This document shows, piece after piece, positions 9,886 through 21,416 of a stretch of 64,000 nt of DNA. Source of the DNA: Alphaproteobacteria bacterium (GTDB lineage Bacteria > Pseudomonadota > Alphaproteobacteria > MPNO01 > UBA830); NCBI GenBank assembly GCA_964291215.2, contig OZ219790.1, forward strand, positions 1,120,001 through 1,184,000, in the 5' to 3' direction. Every line of letters begins with the position of its first letter. Position 1 is the stretch's first letter. Both the position numbers and the translations under genes were made by a program. Below the pieces are notes generated by a model. It did no database searches. It was not told the origin of the DNA and was given only the letters and a program-made list of their open reading frames with translations.

Positions 9886-10872
9886 TCAGGCGCCACCCTT
9901 CTGATGCCTTATCGGGTTCTCCAGACGGCCGAGCGGTTCAATTTCGATGGCAATCGTGCCCTGGCGTTCACCGATTAGCACGCTCTTATGTCCTCGCGGA
10001 AACTTCTCGTTGCCCTTTCCGGTCGTTCCGAAAGACAGCAGATCGCCGGGACGGAGCGTGAAGTAATGGCTGGCTTCAGAAATGCATCGCTGGATCGCAA
10101 AGCGATAGTTCCCGGTATGGTCACGGGCAAATTCCTCGCCGTTCAGCGTGCCGGTCACATGCAGGTCGTTGGGGTCGGGCACCTCATCGGCCGTCGTGAT
10201 CCACGGGCCCATCGGACCGAATGTATCGGTACCCTTCGACCTCGTGTGATAGACAAAATAGGCGTCGGTATCGTTGTCTCCGTGAAGGTTGCGCCACTGG
10301 TAAAACTCGGGCCGGGCCATATCGGCGTCATAGGTAACGGCGATGGAGTCCTTCTGGAACTTCAACCCGTGGCTGGTGATGTCGTTGTGGATCAGATAGC
10401 CAAAGACATGGTCCAGAGCCTCGTCTTCCGAGATGTGCTTGGCGCGTCTGCCGATGACAGCGCAGACCTCGGGCTCGGGGATCACCGCGCCCCAATCGGG
10501 GTCCACCACAATCGGTTTTCCGTGACCCTGCAGGCAGGATGGCGGTTTCAGGAAATAATTCGGCACCCCTGGGTCTCGATGCGCCGTCCTCATCAGTTCC
10601 TTGTTGTTGAACGATACATTGAGGATCATCGAAGGATTTGGCATGGGCGGCGCCCAGTCGATCCGCTCCACGTCAAGACCCGGCACCGCGTCAGCATCGA
10701 GCGCGATCAGCAGTTCGCTGTCGCGATCTGCCGCCTGCACCAGTTCCAGCATCGAGTCAATGCGACCCTTGCCTGCAGATTCGGTCACGTCGGCCAGGTT
10801 GCGGGCCTGGCCATCGCTCCCAAGAATGATGGCGGTCTCTTCGCCATCCGCATATCGGGTTCCGAATTTCAT
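9886..10872 (-). CDS. Fumarylacetoacetate hydrolase family protein
   Basis: FLKPPS, EPEV, HND, KGTDTFGPMGPW, LRPGDL..GT motifs. Confidence 0.9.
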   Translation of the reverse strand: MKFGTRYADGEETAIILGSDGQARNLADVTESAGKGRIDSMLELVQAADRDSELLIALDADAVPGLDVERIDWAPPMPNPSMILNVSFNNKELMRTAHRDPGVPNYFLKPPSCLQGHGKPIVVDPDWGAVIPEPEVCAVIGRRAKHISEDEALDHVFGYLIHNDITSHGLKFQKDSIAVTYDADMARPEFYQWRNLHGDNDTDAYFVYHTRSKGTDTFGPMGPWITTADEVPDPNDLHVTGTLNGEEFARDHTGNYRFAIQRCISEASHYFTLRPGDLLSFGTTGKGNEKFPRGHKSVLIGERQGTIAIEIEPLGRLENPIRHQKGGA

Positions 10873-11562
10873 GGGTTCTCACATGTCTTGGGGATGGTCT
10901 TCAGACCTCACCGACGGGCATCGAACCCGGGCCGAGCGGGCCGAGACGCCCTTGAACTCCGCCGTGCCCCGGGACCGTTTCTGCGGAGCCGAGGACCCCG
11001 GATCCGCAACCGGCCTAGGCCCATCATATCGCAAGGCATCGACTCATGATCGATGTCTATCATGTTAAAGCGGCCTGCGAAAGTCTCCGCCCGGCATCGG
11101 GCGCAACCAGTCGGCACCTGCGTTGACCATCGAGTGCACCGACATGCGGCTGATCGCCAGCCGCAGGCGCCCGCTCTTACATTTCGAACGTCAGGACAAT
11201 ATCAGGCGCGACGCTGTAGTCCGGTGCCTCAAATGCATCTGCGAAATCGTTCGGAATGAAGCGTACCGCAGTCCGACATTCAAGGGACTGATCGATACCA
11301 AGTCGCCTGTTGCAAGGGTTCAGATCTACCGGGACATTGACCCCGGAGGTGAAGATTTGACTGAAAAGCGACTGCGGGCGTCGCGAATGTCCACCCCGCA
11401 AATGATCCATTGAAATTACTCCGGGCCACCCGATATTGTAAGGAGCCGCATAATGAGCCTGTCAATCCGGCTACTCGAAAAGCAACGTTGCGTCCATCCG
11501 ACCTGAGCGAGACCGTGGTACATGAGAATATCTCCGTATCAGCATAGTGACGTCGCCTTGCT

Positions 11563-12050
11563 TTCTCCATTTCCGGAACGCTGGTACTTTGTTGTCAGCC
11601 GCAAGACGATAGACAAAGAAAAGCTGTTACAGAAAACCTAGCTTGGCGAACAGATCGTCGTCTGGAGCAACGAAGCTGGGGACATCTGCGTGGCCAAAGC
11701 GACCTGCGCGCACCTGGGCGCCGCACTGGGGCCCGAAGCCGGAGGCCGGGTACGCAACGGTTGCTTCGTCTGTCCCTTTCACGGATTCGAGTAAGATGTC
11801 AGCGGTCAATGCGTCGCGACACCCTACACGCTGGCACCCAAGTCTGCCAAACTGAAGGTATTCGAGACACGAGAAATACTGGGCTTGGTCTTTGCCTGAC
11901 GGGAAAATGGCGGACGGCCGCCGCAATGGGGTATTCCAGCGGCGCCTCCGGCCGAACCGAACTGGAGCGACATGGAGGTCTGGAGCATCCGGTTCGCGGG
12001 ACATCCCCAGGAAACGACTGAAAACTCCGCCGATCTCGGACATCTACGCT
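11563..12050 (+). pseudogene. Rieske [2Fe-2S] oxygenase pseudogene (KshA/sterol-desaturase-like)
   Basis: CAHLGA...CPFHGF Rieske motif with in-frame stops; ENSADLGHL; cut off at the IS3 remnant. Confidence 0.75.
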
Positions 12051-12052
12051 AT

Positions 12053-12790
12053 CTACTTGGCGCATAGGCCATTGTCACGCATCAGCCGCAGAACCCGCGC
12101 CTTCGAAGTGCGAATGTCCTTGTAACGCAGACATGCCCGGACCTTGCGGTAGACCTCGCCGTAGAACGGGCTGTCGGTGATCGCTTGCTTGATCTCCTCA
12201 ACCAGTTCCGCGTCGGACATCGGTCCCTGTGGCCCAGGGCGATGGCGCACCGGAGGCGGCGCCGGTTGCAAATCACGGTAAACGCTGGCCCGGCTCAAGC
12301 CCCGGACCCGGCACACCCGAGAGATACCGTAGCTCTTGCCCGTGGAGACCGAGATGGGACGGTGCTCATCGCTTCGACCTCCGGCGCCCAAAAGGGTGGC
12401 CCGCCTCCATCTTCGCGATCTTCTCATGGAGAAGCTCGTTATCCATCGTGACCTCGACCACCTTGGCGCGCAGCCTGTCGATCTCCTCGTCCCGGGCATC
12501 GCGCGGGCGCTACTTCAGATTGCTGACACCACCTTCCAGAAACGCATCCCGCCAGTTGCTCATATCCGCAGCCGTCGCCTCAAGCGATCGCGCGACCAAC
12601 TCGACATCCACGCCGCGAAGAACACGCAGCACCGCTTCCTGCTTTCGCGCAGCCGTCAGTCTGCGCCGCCGCGCAGGATCCGGATCTGCTGCCATGTGTG
12701 ATGGCTCCACAGTTCCCGCTCCTGCGCACTCAACTTTCTTCTGTTTCATCATCAAACACCTCAATCATCCCTTGGAATCAGCTTAACCCA
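12053..12790 (-). mobile_element. IS3-family remnant (orfA and start of orfB)
   Basis: RKQEAVLRVLRG...WRDAFLEGG; SPFYGEVYRKV...RVLRLMRDNGL; internal stop. Confidence 0.75.
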
Positions 12791-13108
12791 AGTTGGTACT
12801 TTTTGCGGCCTGGAATTTCTATCATGTTGCGCGATTTTTTTGTCGGTCGATTTCAACATGGCACTACATCCTGTTGAATTCTGTCAGCTTGTGAGGCGGC
12901 TCCTCGTGCGGCGGGTTCGACACCAGCCGCCGAGGAGATTTCGGCGACCTCGGCGGTGCGTGTCCTGTCGGTTGACGATCAATGCGCCCTGACGCAGGCG
13001 CGTGGGGACCCTGGTTCCGCATGCTCTCGCGGATTGATGTCCGGCACTTGTGGATGCCCCGCGCGGGGATCAGATGCACCGCGGCGAGCACGGCGATCAA
13101 CAGGGGGG

Positions 13109-14335
13109 GGTACTGTAACTTGATGTCTGGAAATTTGTCTGAGGTTTGCGCTTTGAGGCGTTTCACTGGGGGGCTAGCCCCCCAGTGAAACGCGGCGCCA
13201 TCGTACTATCCCATGGAGTTGCAAAACCTTCATGGAGGAAGCGAATGGACCTGCGACACACTACGACGATCGGGACTGTTTTGGAACATCTGATCGCAAA
13301 CGGAGCAACGGATCTGGGGCGGGTCTTTGGCCAGCTCTTCGAGCTTGCGATGCAAATCGAGCGCGAGCAGCACTTGAAAGCGGGCCACCGGACGCCGGAG
13401 CGACAGGGCTATGCCAACGGCTACAAGCGGATCGACACCCCCACTGTTACCGTTCAGGTGCCAAACGGTCACGGGGACGACCCGTTCTATCCCCAGTCGC
13501 TTGAACGCGGACAGCAATCTTCTCGCGCCGTAGCCGAGATGTACATCAAGGGTGTTTCCACACGGCAGGATGTAATGCGCGAGTTCGGGAGCCTGTCCTC
13601 TTCTCAGGGGGCCACCAGGTTGCTCGACGAAGAACTCGCCGCGCAACCGGCCCCTGATGAAATACCTGGATGCGCGTTATGGAAAAGCCCGCCATGACGG
13701 CGTTGTGCGCGATGTCGCGGTACTCTCGGCCATCGGAATAGGGGCTGCAGGCACGTTCTGGCGCTCTCTCTCTGTGGCGCTCTCCGAGGCCGAGGTCCAT
13801 TGGAGAGCCTTCCTGGAAAGCTTGCTAGCCCTGCATGGTACGACCTTCATCGTCTCGGATGCCGGGTTGAAAGCGGCACGGTGCTGGGCGCGGCGACATG
13901 GCAGCGCTGCCAGTTCCACTTGGCACAAAACGCCGTGCACCGAACAACGACATCAGGAAACGTATTGGAAAACAGCTCGGAACCATGCGTCCTCACTCCA
14001 AACCGCCGAGGCTGAACTGGGCGCCCTCGTGGCCAGCGACAAGCATCCAGGCTTCCTGGCTGGAAAACAATGCGGGGCTCGCTGTCTTCACCTTGCCCGA
14101 TGCTCACCACAAGCGTATGCGAACCTCGAACGGCATCGAGCGGCCGATCCAGCAAGAGCTCAAGCGGCGCACCTCCAAAGTCAGGGTCTTTCCGAACCTC
14201 GCCTCGTTGGAGCGCCTCTCAACCGCGGTCCTCATCGACGAAAAATGGGAAACCGAAACCAAGGCATACATCAAATGGGAACAGCTCGATGACTGACAGC
14301 TTCACGACAATTTCCAGACATCAGGTTGCGTAATC
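13109..14335 (+). mobile_element. IS256-family element (copy B) with a multiply frameshifted transposase
   Basis: 27-bp imperfect IRs (...tgatgtctggaaatt); MYIKGVSTR, YLDARY, WQRCQFH, RTSNGIER, ELKRRT motifs. Confidence 0.9.
13158..13193. repeat. Perfect 36-bp palindrome in the IS256 left end
   Basis: gcgtttcactggggggc-ta-gccccccagtgaaacgc. Confidence 0.9.
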
Positions 14336-15778
14336 TGTCTTGCAGGACATCGTTATCTGGCAAGGTGATCCCATGCTTGTTGATGTGATGTGATCGGAGT
14401 CCTGATCGTGGCGCGGGTCGACGCGTTCGAGGCTGCGATTTTGAGATTTGCTGACGCGCTGTTACGGCGCGGGGCGCGATTGGTCGGCGTATCCGGGGCG
14501 AGCGAGAGGCCTTGGTTGCCGGGCTCGAAAGCTTGCAGTTTCTGTCGGGGAGAGAGGCGCGGTCAGCCTGGTCTTGTGATTGCGTGCAGGACCTGCCTGC
14601 GCTTGTCGGCATAGTGGTGTCGACGAAGCTGTTGAAGGGTTTGGGCAGCTTGCGTTTGTTGCGGATGATGATTGCAAGGGTGATCGCGTTGTTTGCGGGC
14701 GCGTTCGGAGCATGGAGTCGTCTTCGCGGAAGGTGGCATCGCGGACATGATGATGGCTCTCGACTACCCAGTGTCCATGATTCCATGCGAGCAGCTGTTG
14801 CGGCGAGGCGCGTTCGGCCGAGGTCATGGCGTTTTCTGGATTTCTTGAATTCGACGCGCCGGGTGACGCGGAAGATCTGCTAGTTGATCATCTTCGCCAG
14901 CGGGGTGAAGATGGTGCGCTGGCAGCCATGCGCGGGCTTTTCGTTGTAGCGCTGGCGGTCTTCCAGTTGATGCTCTCTCGAAGGTGCGTTGCCCTTGACC
15001 ATCAGTCCGCGCGATGGGTCTCGATGATCAACCTCGCGGGTGGTGTGGAGCGCGTCGAGGGTGAGCAGACGGCCAGCGCCGTCGCGGCGTGGACGGCAGC
15101 GATCTCCCCGTCGTGATAGTTGAGGATCGAATACCGGCCAGCGAGACTGTCTCGTAATGATCCTCGCCGGTGCGCTTGCCGTCGACCGCGTTGCCGACCT
15201 GCGGCTGCGCGCCGCATCCTCGATCCATCCCGGGTCGGTGTTCTGCAGCACCCGGTGCACGGTGGAGACCGGCTTGTCCCTGTTCTTTCATGCTGCTCCA
15301 GCTCCTTCTGCGTCGTAGTGCGCCGCCGCGCCGGTTCGCAAGCCGCGCCATCACGCACAGCACCGAGGCGATGCGGTGCCCCTGCGCACGCCGGAAAGCG
15401 CCGCTGATAAATCGAGCGCAACTCCTGCGCCGACCAGCGGCGCCCGCAACTCCCACGCCACAGGAAGCGGCGAACGATCCCGCAGCCGACATCGCGACGC
15501 AGCGGAAACACGTAAAGATCCTTCGCCTCCCCGGTCGGTATAGCGCCCGCTGGCGCGCGCATAGCTCCTGCCAACGCACTCCCAGTTCGCCGCCTTGTAC
15601 ATGGTGCCGCTGAACTTCGTCGGCAAGACAAACGACTCCGCAACAAGCAACGGCAGCCTCCCAGTCGCCGCCGCACCATCCGCGACAACGCAAACGAGGC
15701 AAGGCCCGGAAACGACCACCAAGAACAACAAACCTCGTGTTGTTCCCGGCAACCGCCTGAACTGTTCCTCGCGGCGCC

Positions 15779-17314
15779 GTATCTACTCACCCCTAGTTGG
15801 GTTCTGATTGGTCGTAGTGCTCGTTGATGATGTCTGCGGCTTTTCCGTCGAGGGCGATCTGGGTGGCGACGTGATGATTGTAGCCGAGTGCGGCCATGGA
15901 GGTGAGGTAGCTTGAGCCCCGGCACCATGCTTTTGCGTGGAGCGGAAGCATCCGGACACCTTGACCTTTGCCATCCTGATCTTCTGTTCTCCGGCATTGT
16001 TGGTGAAGCTGACGTCGGGGTTGTCTATGAAGCGCAGGTTTTCGTGTTTCACGAGACGTTCGTGCAGGTTGTGCGCGTCGGACTTGCGTCCACGTTTTCC
16101 TTTCGGCGGCGGCGGAATGTCGGGCAGTTCCCTGGCGCCCTGATGGTGCGGTAGCGCTTGCGCCCGGCGTCGTTCAGGGTTTTGAATGCGCTCTTGTTGA
16201 CCTTGTGGCAGACCTCGCGGAGCAGGCTCTTCATCAGTCGCGCGGTAGCCTCGACGACAAAGGTCAGTTCGCGCAGCAGGTGGCTGCCGCACAACTGGTG
16301 GCTACACTGGCCCATGTACGAGGCCCAGCAGTCGTGGACCAGGACGCCCCTGTAGCACGGGATGATGCCGATCTCTTGCCTCCCGGCCGCGCTTGCGGTG
16401 CGGGAACTTGCACGTCAGGGTCCCACGACATGGAGCCACTTGCCGTTGATCCGAAATCGTCGACATCGGGCGTTGCAGGAGGTGCGCCACGGCGGCCTCC
16501 TCCCATGACGCATCGTGAAAGCATAGCTGAGGCAGGTTGCCTCGGAGAGCTTGATGCCGGAGATCGCCTGCACGAGCGGCACGGCGCAGGGACAGCATCT
16601 GGGCGACCAGCAGGTTGATGACGAGGGCCTGAATGCCGATGCCGTACTGCACGGGATGTTGTCGGGGAACCGGCCCTTGGTCCGGGCCTTGCACTTCGGG
16701 CATTCCTTGATCTCGGCGCGGCGCTCGACGACCTCGAACACGATGTCGTGCGGCGCTCCCGATCGACGGGGCCGTCAGCGCCGCAGGCGTCGCAGGCCGC
16801 GACCGTCTCCTCGACGATGGTCTTGCGCAGGTTGTCGCCCATATGCTGGTTCGGCTTCGGGCCCTTGCCGTTGCTTCCGGCACGCTCTTGTCCGTCTGTG
16901 ACGGCGGCAGACCGGAGTTCCGGCTCGTGCGTGGTCTTCTCCAGAAGGACGACGATGAGGATGACGAGGACGCGGATGACGGCCTCTTCCGCCACCTTGC
17001 CGGCCGCACGCAGCGCCGCGATCTTGGCCGCTTCGAACTCCTCGCGCGCCGCCCGTCGCCATCACCCGGCCTTGCGCTTCATCAGCGCGCCGCCTCCGAG
17101 ATGCGTTTCCACATACAGATCATGCGGAGGCTGGAGCCTCGGAAGCAGCTGGCACAGCCCGCTCGTCGCCTTCAATCCAAAGTAGCCCACTGGCGGTCCC
17201 CGTCGTTCTCGATTACCACCACTAAACGAATCGGCCTGCAGTGTCAAATCTCCACGAAAACCCGTTCGTTACTCTACCCCGACATCAAGCCGGAACCAGG
17301 GGGTGAGCAGTTAC
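15779..17314 (-). mobile_element. IS66-family (single-ORF, ISBst12-like) element, copy 1
   Basis: IRs gtatctactcacccctag / gtaactgctcacccc; 8-bp TSD gcggcgcc; empty site seen at 45088..45095; FTNNAGEQKIRMAKVK and CGSHLLREL motifs. Confidence 0.92.
17062..17190 (-). CDS. 42-aa methyltransferase-derived leader peptide in IS66 copy 1
   Basis: GTG start; GYFGLKATSGLCQ...PPHDLYVETHLGGGALMKRK; stop overlaps transposase ATG (TGATG). Confidence 0.55.
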   Translation of the reverse strand: MGYFGLKATSGLCQLLPRLQPPHDLYVETHLGGGALMKRKAG

Positions 17315-17867
17315 GCGGCGCCAGCCAATCCAACGGGTGCGCAGCTGAGGATGCCCGTCTGCCAGCCCGCAGCACCAATCCACCGCCCGCGCCAGGTGAA
17401 CACGTAGCGCAGACCTCGACCGGCAAACTGCTTGAAACCAAGATACGGTCAACGACACGATTCCAGCGACATCAGGCCGCGCAAGGCGCACAACCACATC
17501 CCGGAGCGCAAAACCCTCCGGAGTCATCTCAAAAAAATCCGCTGCCCCTTCCATCACGACAACGGATACTACGTCGCTTCACAAAAAGCCAGCGAAAATG
17601 CGAATCATCCTGAACAAGCAAAACCGACCCTTCCAACAAACCTAGCGTGGGATCGCCGTGCGTTATCTGGGGTTGAAACCAATACCGACCCCGCCCGATG
17701 CTCTGCCGTTCGGACGGCAAGAGCGGCCTCGACACCATGTTCCACCGAAGCGGTGGATGTTCCTGATCACGTCCGGGACAGCCGCCCCGCAAGCGCGGCA
17801 ACGGCGCTTTCCGCGCCGGGCCGGAGCGCAGCAACGGCAGATCCGCGCTGGCGGAGCGAAGGCCATT

Positions 17868-18659
17868 TCAGGAGCGGGCTCGCAGAAGCGCTGCAACCTT
17901 CTTCGCACTGTCTGACTCGCTGGGAGCGAAACGGTCCGCATCGTCCTCCGAGAACCATGAGAGGACAGCGTCCCGGAAGCTCGCACGCTGCCGGATCCTG
18001 TCGAACCACCCGGTCACGTGCGGCCGCCCTTCGAGAAAGGCATCAAGCAGCCCCAGCATGTCGAGCCGGTACACGTAAGGGGTCGCCGCCGCGTCGGCGA
18101 GTGAAAAAACATCGCCACCGAGCCACGGACCGCCGCTCAGGGCCTCTTCCATCTCGTCAACAAACCGTTGGTAATCGCCAACCGCATCGACCACGTACTC
18201 GCTTGCGATGCCATGAGTGTAGGCCGAATACTGGCGCTCTCGCCGCCGCGGATCGGGTATCTGCGCCATCCGCTTCTCGATGGCCTGCGGCGACGGATAG
18301 TCTTTTCTGAACGCGATCGCGTGGGTCAGGAGCCCGCCCGCCGGGTGGATCGGGTCGTCGATCAGCTTCATGAACCAGCGCACACGGTAACGTCTCAGCG
18401 GATCGTCGGGCATCATCGGAGGGTCCGGAAACGCGTCCTCCAGGTAGTATTGAATTACGGATGACTCGAGAATGACGTTACCGTCGTGGACGAGCGCCGG
18501 CACCACGGCGCCCGGATGGATCTTCAGGTATTCGGGGTCGAACTGGCGACCGCGGCGCAGATCGACGAAACGACCCCGGTAGGCGAGACCTTTCTCAGCC
18601 AGGGTCATCCGCACCTTGATAACGCACACCGAAGTTGAGTGCTCATAGAGTTCGAGCAT
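17868..18659 (-). CDS. Glutathione S-transferase family protein
   Basis: MLELYEHSTSVC..KVR..LAEKGL, VPAL, ESSVI..YLE, SLAD; RBS before 18659. Confidence 0.9.
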   Translation of the reverse strand: MLELYEHSTSVCVIKVRMTLAEKGLAYRGRFVDLRRGRQFDPEYLKIHPGAVVPALVHDGNVILESSVIQYYLEDAFPDPPMMPDDPLRRYRVRWFMKLIDDPIHPAGGLLTHAIAFRKDYPSPQAIEKRMAQIPDPRRRERQYSAYTHGIASEYVVDAVGDYQRFVDEMEEALSGGPWLGGDVFSLADAAATPYVYRLDMLGLLDAFLEGRPHVTGWFDRIRQRASFRDAVLSWFSEDDADRFAPSESDSAKKVAALLRARS

Positions 18660-19205
18660 GCCCCCCTCCGTCAAAGACACTTCTCGCTCAATATGCCACC
18701 CTACCATGCGCCCGGGCGTTGCGACAGGACGGCGCGCGGTGCCGCAGGCACCGCATTGGATGTCCAGCGATGCCAGCAGTCGGAGCTCAGGAGAGGCGCC
18801 TGCGCGGAAAGGTGCTCCAGCGCCATCCGAGCCGGCCCACGACCACGCCCCGCCATTTCGGCCGAGAACGGCAGGACGCACGGATCACAGCCCGGCTGGG
18901 GTGGCTAAGAGTTTGTTCCTAAAGTCGCGGGTAGCCCCAATCCATGGTATTCCATCAGGTACACAACCCGCAGATGGAGGGTATCATGGCTTGGAATGGA
19001 GCCACCCAAGCGAAGTATAAGCGTAGCGACGACTTCCGGCAAAACGATCTGAGCGACGAGGAGTGGGCACTCATCGAGCCTCTGATTCCGGCGCAGAGGG
19101 CCGTCCCCGCACGGCGGACCTCCGCCGGGTGTTCGATGCGATCCAATATATGTTGGCATCGGGATGTCAATGGCGCCTGATACCATCTGATTATTTACCG
19201 TTTTC

Positions 19206-20718
19206 GTATCTACTCACCCCTAGTTGGGTTCTGATTGGCCATAGTGCTCGTTGATGATGTCTGCGGCTTTTCCGTCGAGGGCGATCTGGGTGGCAACGAG
19301 TGGGTTGTAGCCGAGTGCGGCCATGGAGGTGAGGTAGCTTGAGCCCCGGCACCATGCTTTTGCGTGGAGCGGAAGCATCCGGACACCTTGACCTTTGCCA
19401 TCCTGATCTTCTGTTCTCCGGCATTGTTGGTGAAGCTGACGTTGGGGTTGTCTATGAAGCGCAGGTTTTCGTGTTTCACGAGACGTTCGTGCAGGTTGTG
19501 CGCGTCGGACTTGCGTCCACGTTTTCCTTTCGTCGGCGGCGGGATGTCGGGCAGTTCCCTGGCGCCCTGATGGTGCGGTAGCGCTTGCGCCCGGCGTCGT
19601 TCAGGGTCTTGGATGCGCTCTTGTTGATCTTGTGGCAGGGAGCAGGCTCTTCATCAGTCGCGCGGTAGCCTCGACGACAAAGGTCAGTTCGCGCAGCAGG
19701 TGGCTGCCACACAGCTGGTGGCTACACTGGTCATAGCCCATGTACGAGGCCCAGCAGTCGTGGGCCAGAACGCCCTTGTAACACGGGCCGATCTCTTGCC
19801 TCCCGGCCGCGCTTGCGGTGCGGGAACTTGCACGTCAGGGTCCCACGACATGGAGCCACTTGCTATTGATCCGAAATCATCGACATCGGGCGTTGCAGGA
19901 GGTGCGCCACGGCGGCCTCCTCCCATGACGCATCGTGAAAGCATAGCCGAGGCCTCGGAGAGCTTGATGCCGGAGATCGCCTGCACGAGCGGCACGGCGC
20001 AGGGACAGCATCTGGGCGACCAGCAGGTTGATGACGAGGGCCTGGATGCCGTACTGCACGGGATGTTGTCGGGGAACCGGCCCCGGGCCTTGCACTTCGG
20101 GCATTCCTCGGCGTCGACGCGGCGCGACCTCGAACACGATGTCGTGCGGCGCTCCCGATCGACGGGGCCGTCGATGTCCCCGGCGCCGCAGGCATCGCAG
20201 GCCGCGACCGTCTCCTCGACGATGGTCTTGCGCAGGTTGTCGCCCATCTGCCGGTTCGGCTTCGGGCCCTTGCTCCCGGCACGCTCTCGTCCGTCTGTGA
20301 CGGCGGCAGACCGGAGTTCCGGCTCGTGCGTGGTCTTCTCCAGAAGGACGACGATGATGATGTCGAGCAGGATGACGAAGACGCGGATCACGGCCTCTTC
20401 CGCCACCTTGCCGGCAGCGCCGCGGTCTTGGCCGCTTCGAACTCCTCGCGCGCCGCCCGTCGCCATCACCCGGCCTTGCGCTTCATCAGCGCGCCGCTTC
20501 CGAGATGCGTTTCCACATACAGATCATGCGGGGGCTGGAGCCCCGGAAGCAGCTGGCACAGCCCGCTCGTCGCCTTCGATCCAAAGTAGCCCACTGGCGG
20601 TCCCCGTCGTTCTCGATTACCACCACTAAACGAATCGGCCTGCAGTGTCAAATCTCCACGAAAACCCGTTCGTTACTCTACCCCGACATCAAGCCGGAAC
20701 CAGGGGGTGAGCAGTTAC
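19206..20718 (-). mobile_element. IS66-family element, copy 2
   Basis: Same IRs as copy 1; 8-bp TSD ccgttttc (19198..19205, 20719..20726). Confidence 0.92.
20466..20594 (-). CDS. Methyltransferase-derived leader peptide in IS66 copy 2
   Basis: Same length and frame as in copy 1. Confidence 0.55.
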   Translation of the reverse strand: MGYFGSKATSGLCQLLPGLQPPHDLYVETHLGSGALMKRKAG

Positions 20719-21416
20719 CCGTTTTCCACGGTTCAGAACTACGCCTGGTCCCGCAGCGGTGTTCTCGAGCGCATGCTGGATGTGTTGCGCACTTATGCGC
20801 GTTGTCTTTCGGGACGCCGGATTGAACCCACGGTTGCGGTGATCGACACGCAAAGTGTGAAGACGACGGAATGCGGTCGTCCTTCTGGTTATGATAAGAA
20901 GATCAAGGGCCGCAAGCGTCACGGTATACACCAAGGGGTCACCGATTGTCCTCAAGGTTCATGCGGCCGACATCCAGAACCAGGATGCGGCTGTTCTCGT
21001 GGATCTTCTGTGCAAGGCCCCGGAGGTCTCGCGGGTGTTTGCCGACGGCGGCTATAGAGGTCCCAAGCTGCGTGCTGCCTTGGCCCGCAGGGGTTTGCCG
21101 GACTTGATCGAGGTTGTCGAAAAACCCAAGGGTATCAGGGATTTCACTGTTCTCCCTCGTCGCTGGGTTGTGGAGAGGACCTTTGCCTAGATGGGTCGGT
21201 GCCGTCGATTGGCCAAGGACTTCGAGCGCACCGAGGCGAGCTCCTTGGCCTGGGCCAGGCTGGCGGCTTGCCGGTTTCTCATGCGGCGGGTGAGCGCGGG
21301 AGCTTAATAATATCAATGACTTATGATTCAAACTCTAAGACCCGGCGGGCGAATCAGCAGCGCTTCTTGCCGAACAAGGCCCGTGATCGGGAAGCGGCGT
21401 CAGCGGCGAGGCACCT

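Larger units (their letters stand above)
14361..17660 (-). mobile_element. ISAs1-family element with an N-terminal DUF4338/DruA-like domain (copy 1), containing a nested IS66
   Basis: IRs caaggtgatccc / gggatcgccgtg; 10-bp TSD cgttatctgg (14351..14360, 17661..17670); AVDGK, TLDALHT, VKGN, GHWVVES..RDATFRED motifs. Confidence 0.88.
18909..21335 (+). mobile_element. IS5-family (IS1031-like) element interrupted by IS66
   Basis: IRs gagtttg...aagtc; TAA flanks; [40 protein letters not shown] motifs. Confidence 0.9.

Noticed and set aside
11053-11570. Short ORFs in a lower-GC stretch
   Set aside because: No recognisable motifs; a coding frame cannot be chosen
7085-14335. Inverted IS256 pair as a composite transposon carrying the FAH gene
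   Set aside because: Copy A lacks its outer end and no flanking TSD is visible
14880-15780. A Druantia defence system
   Set aside because: Only a DruA-like domain inside an IS; no DruE helicase or other dru genes
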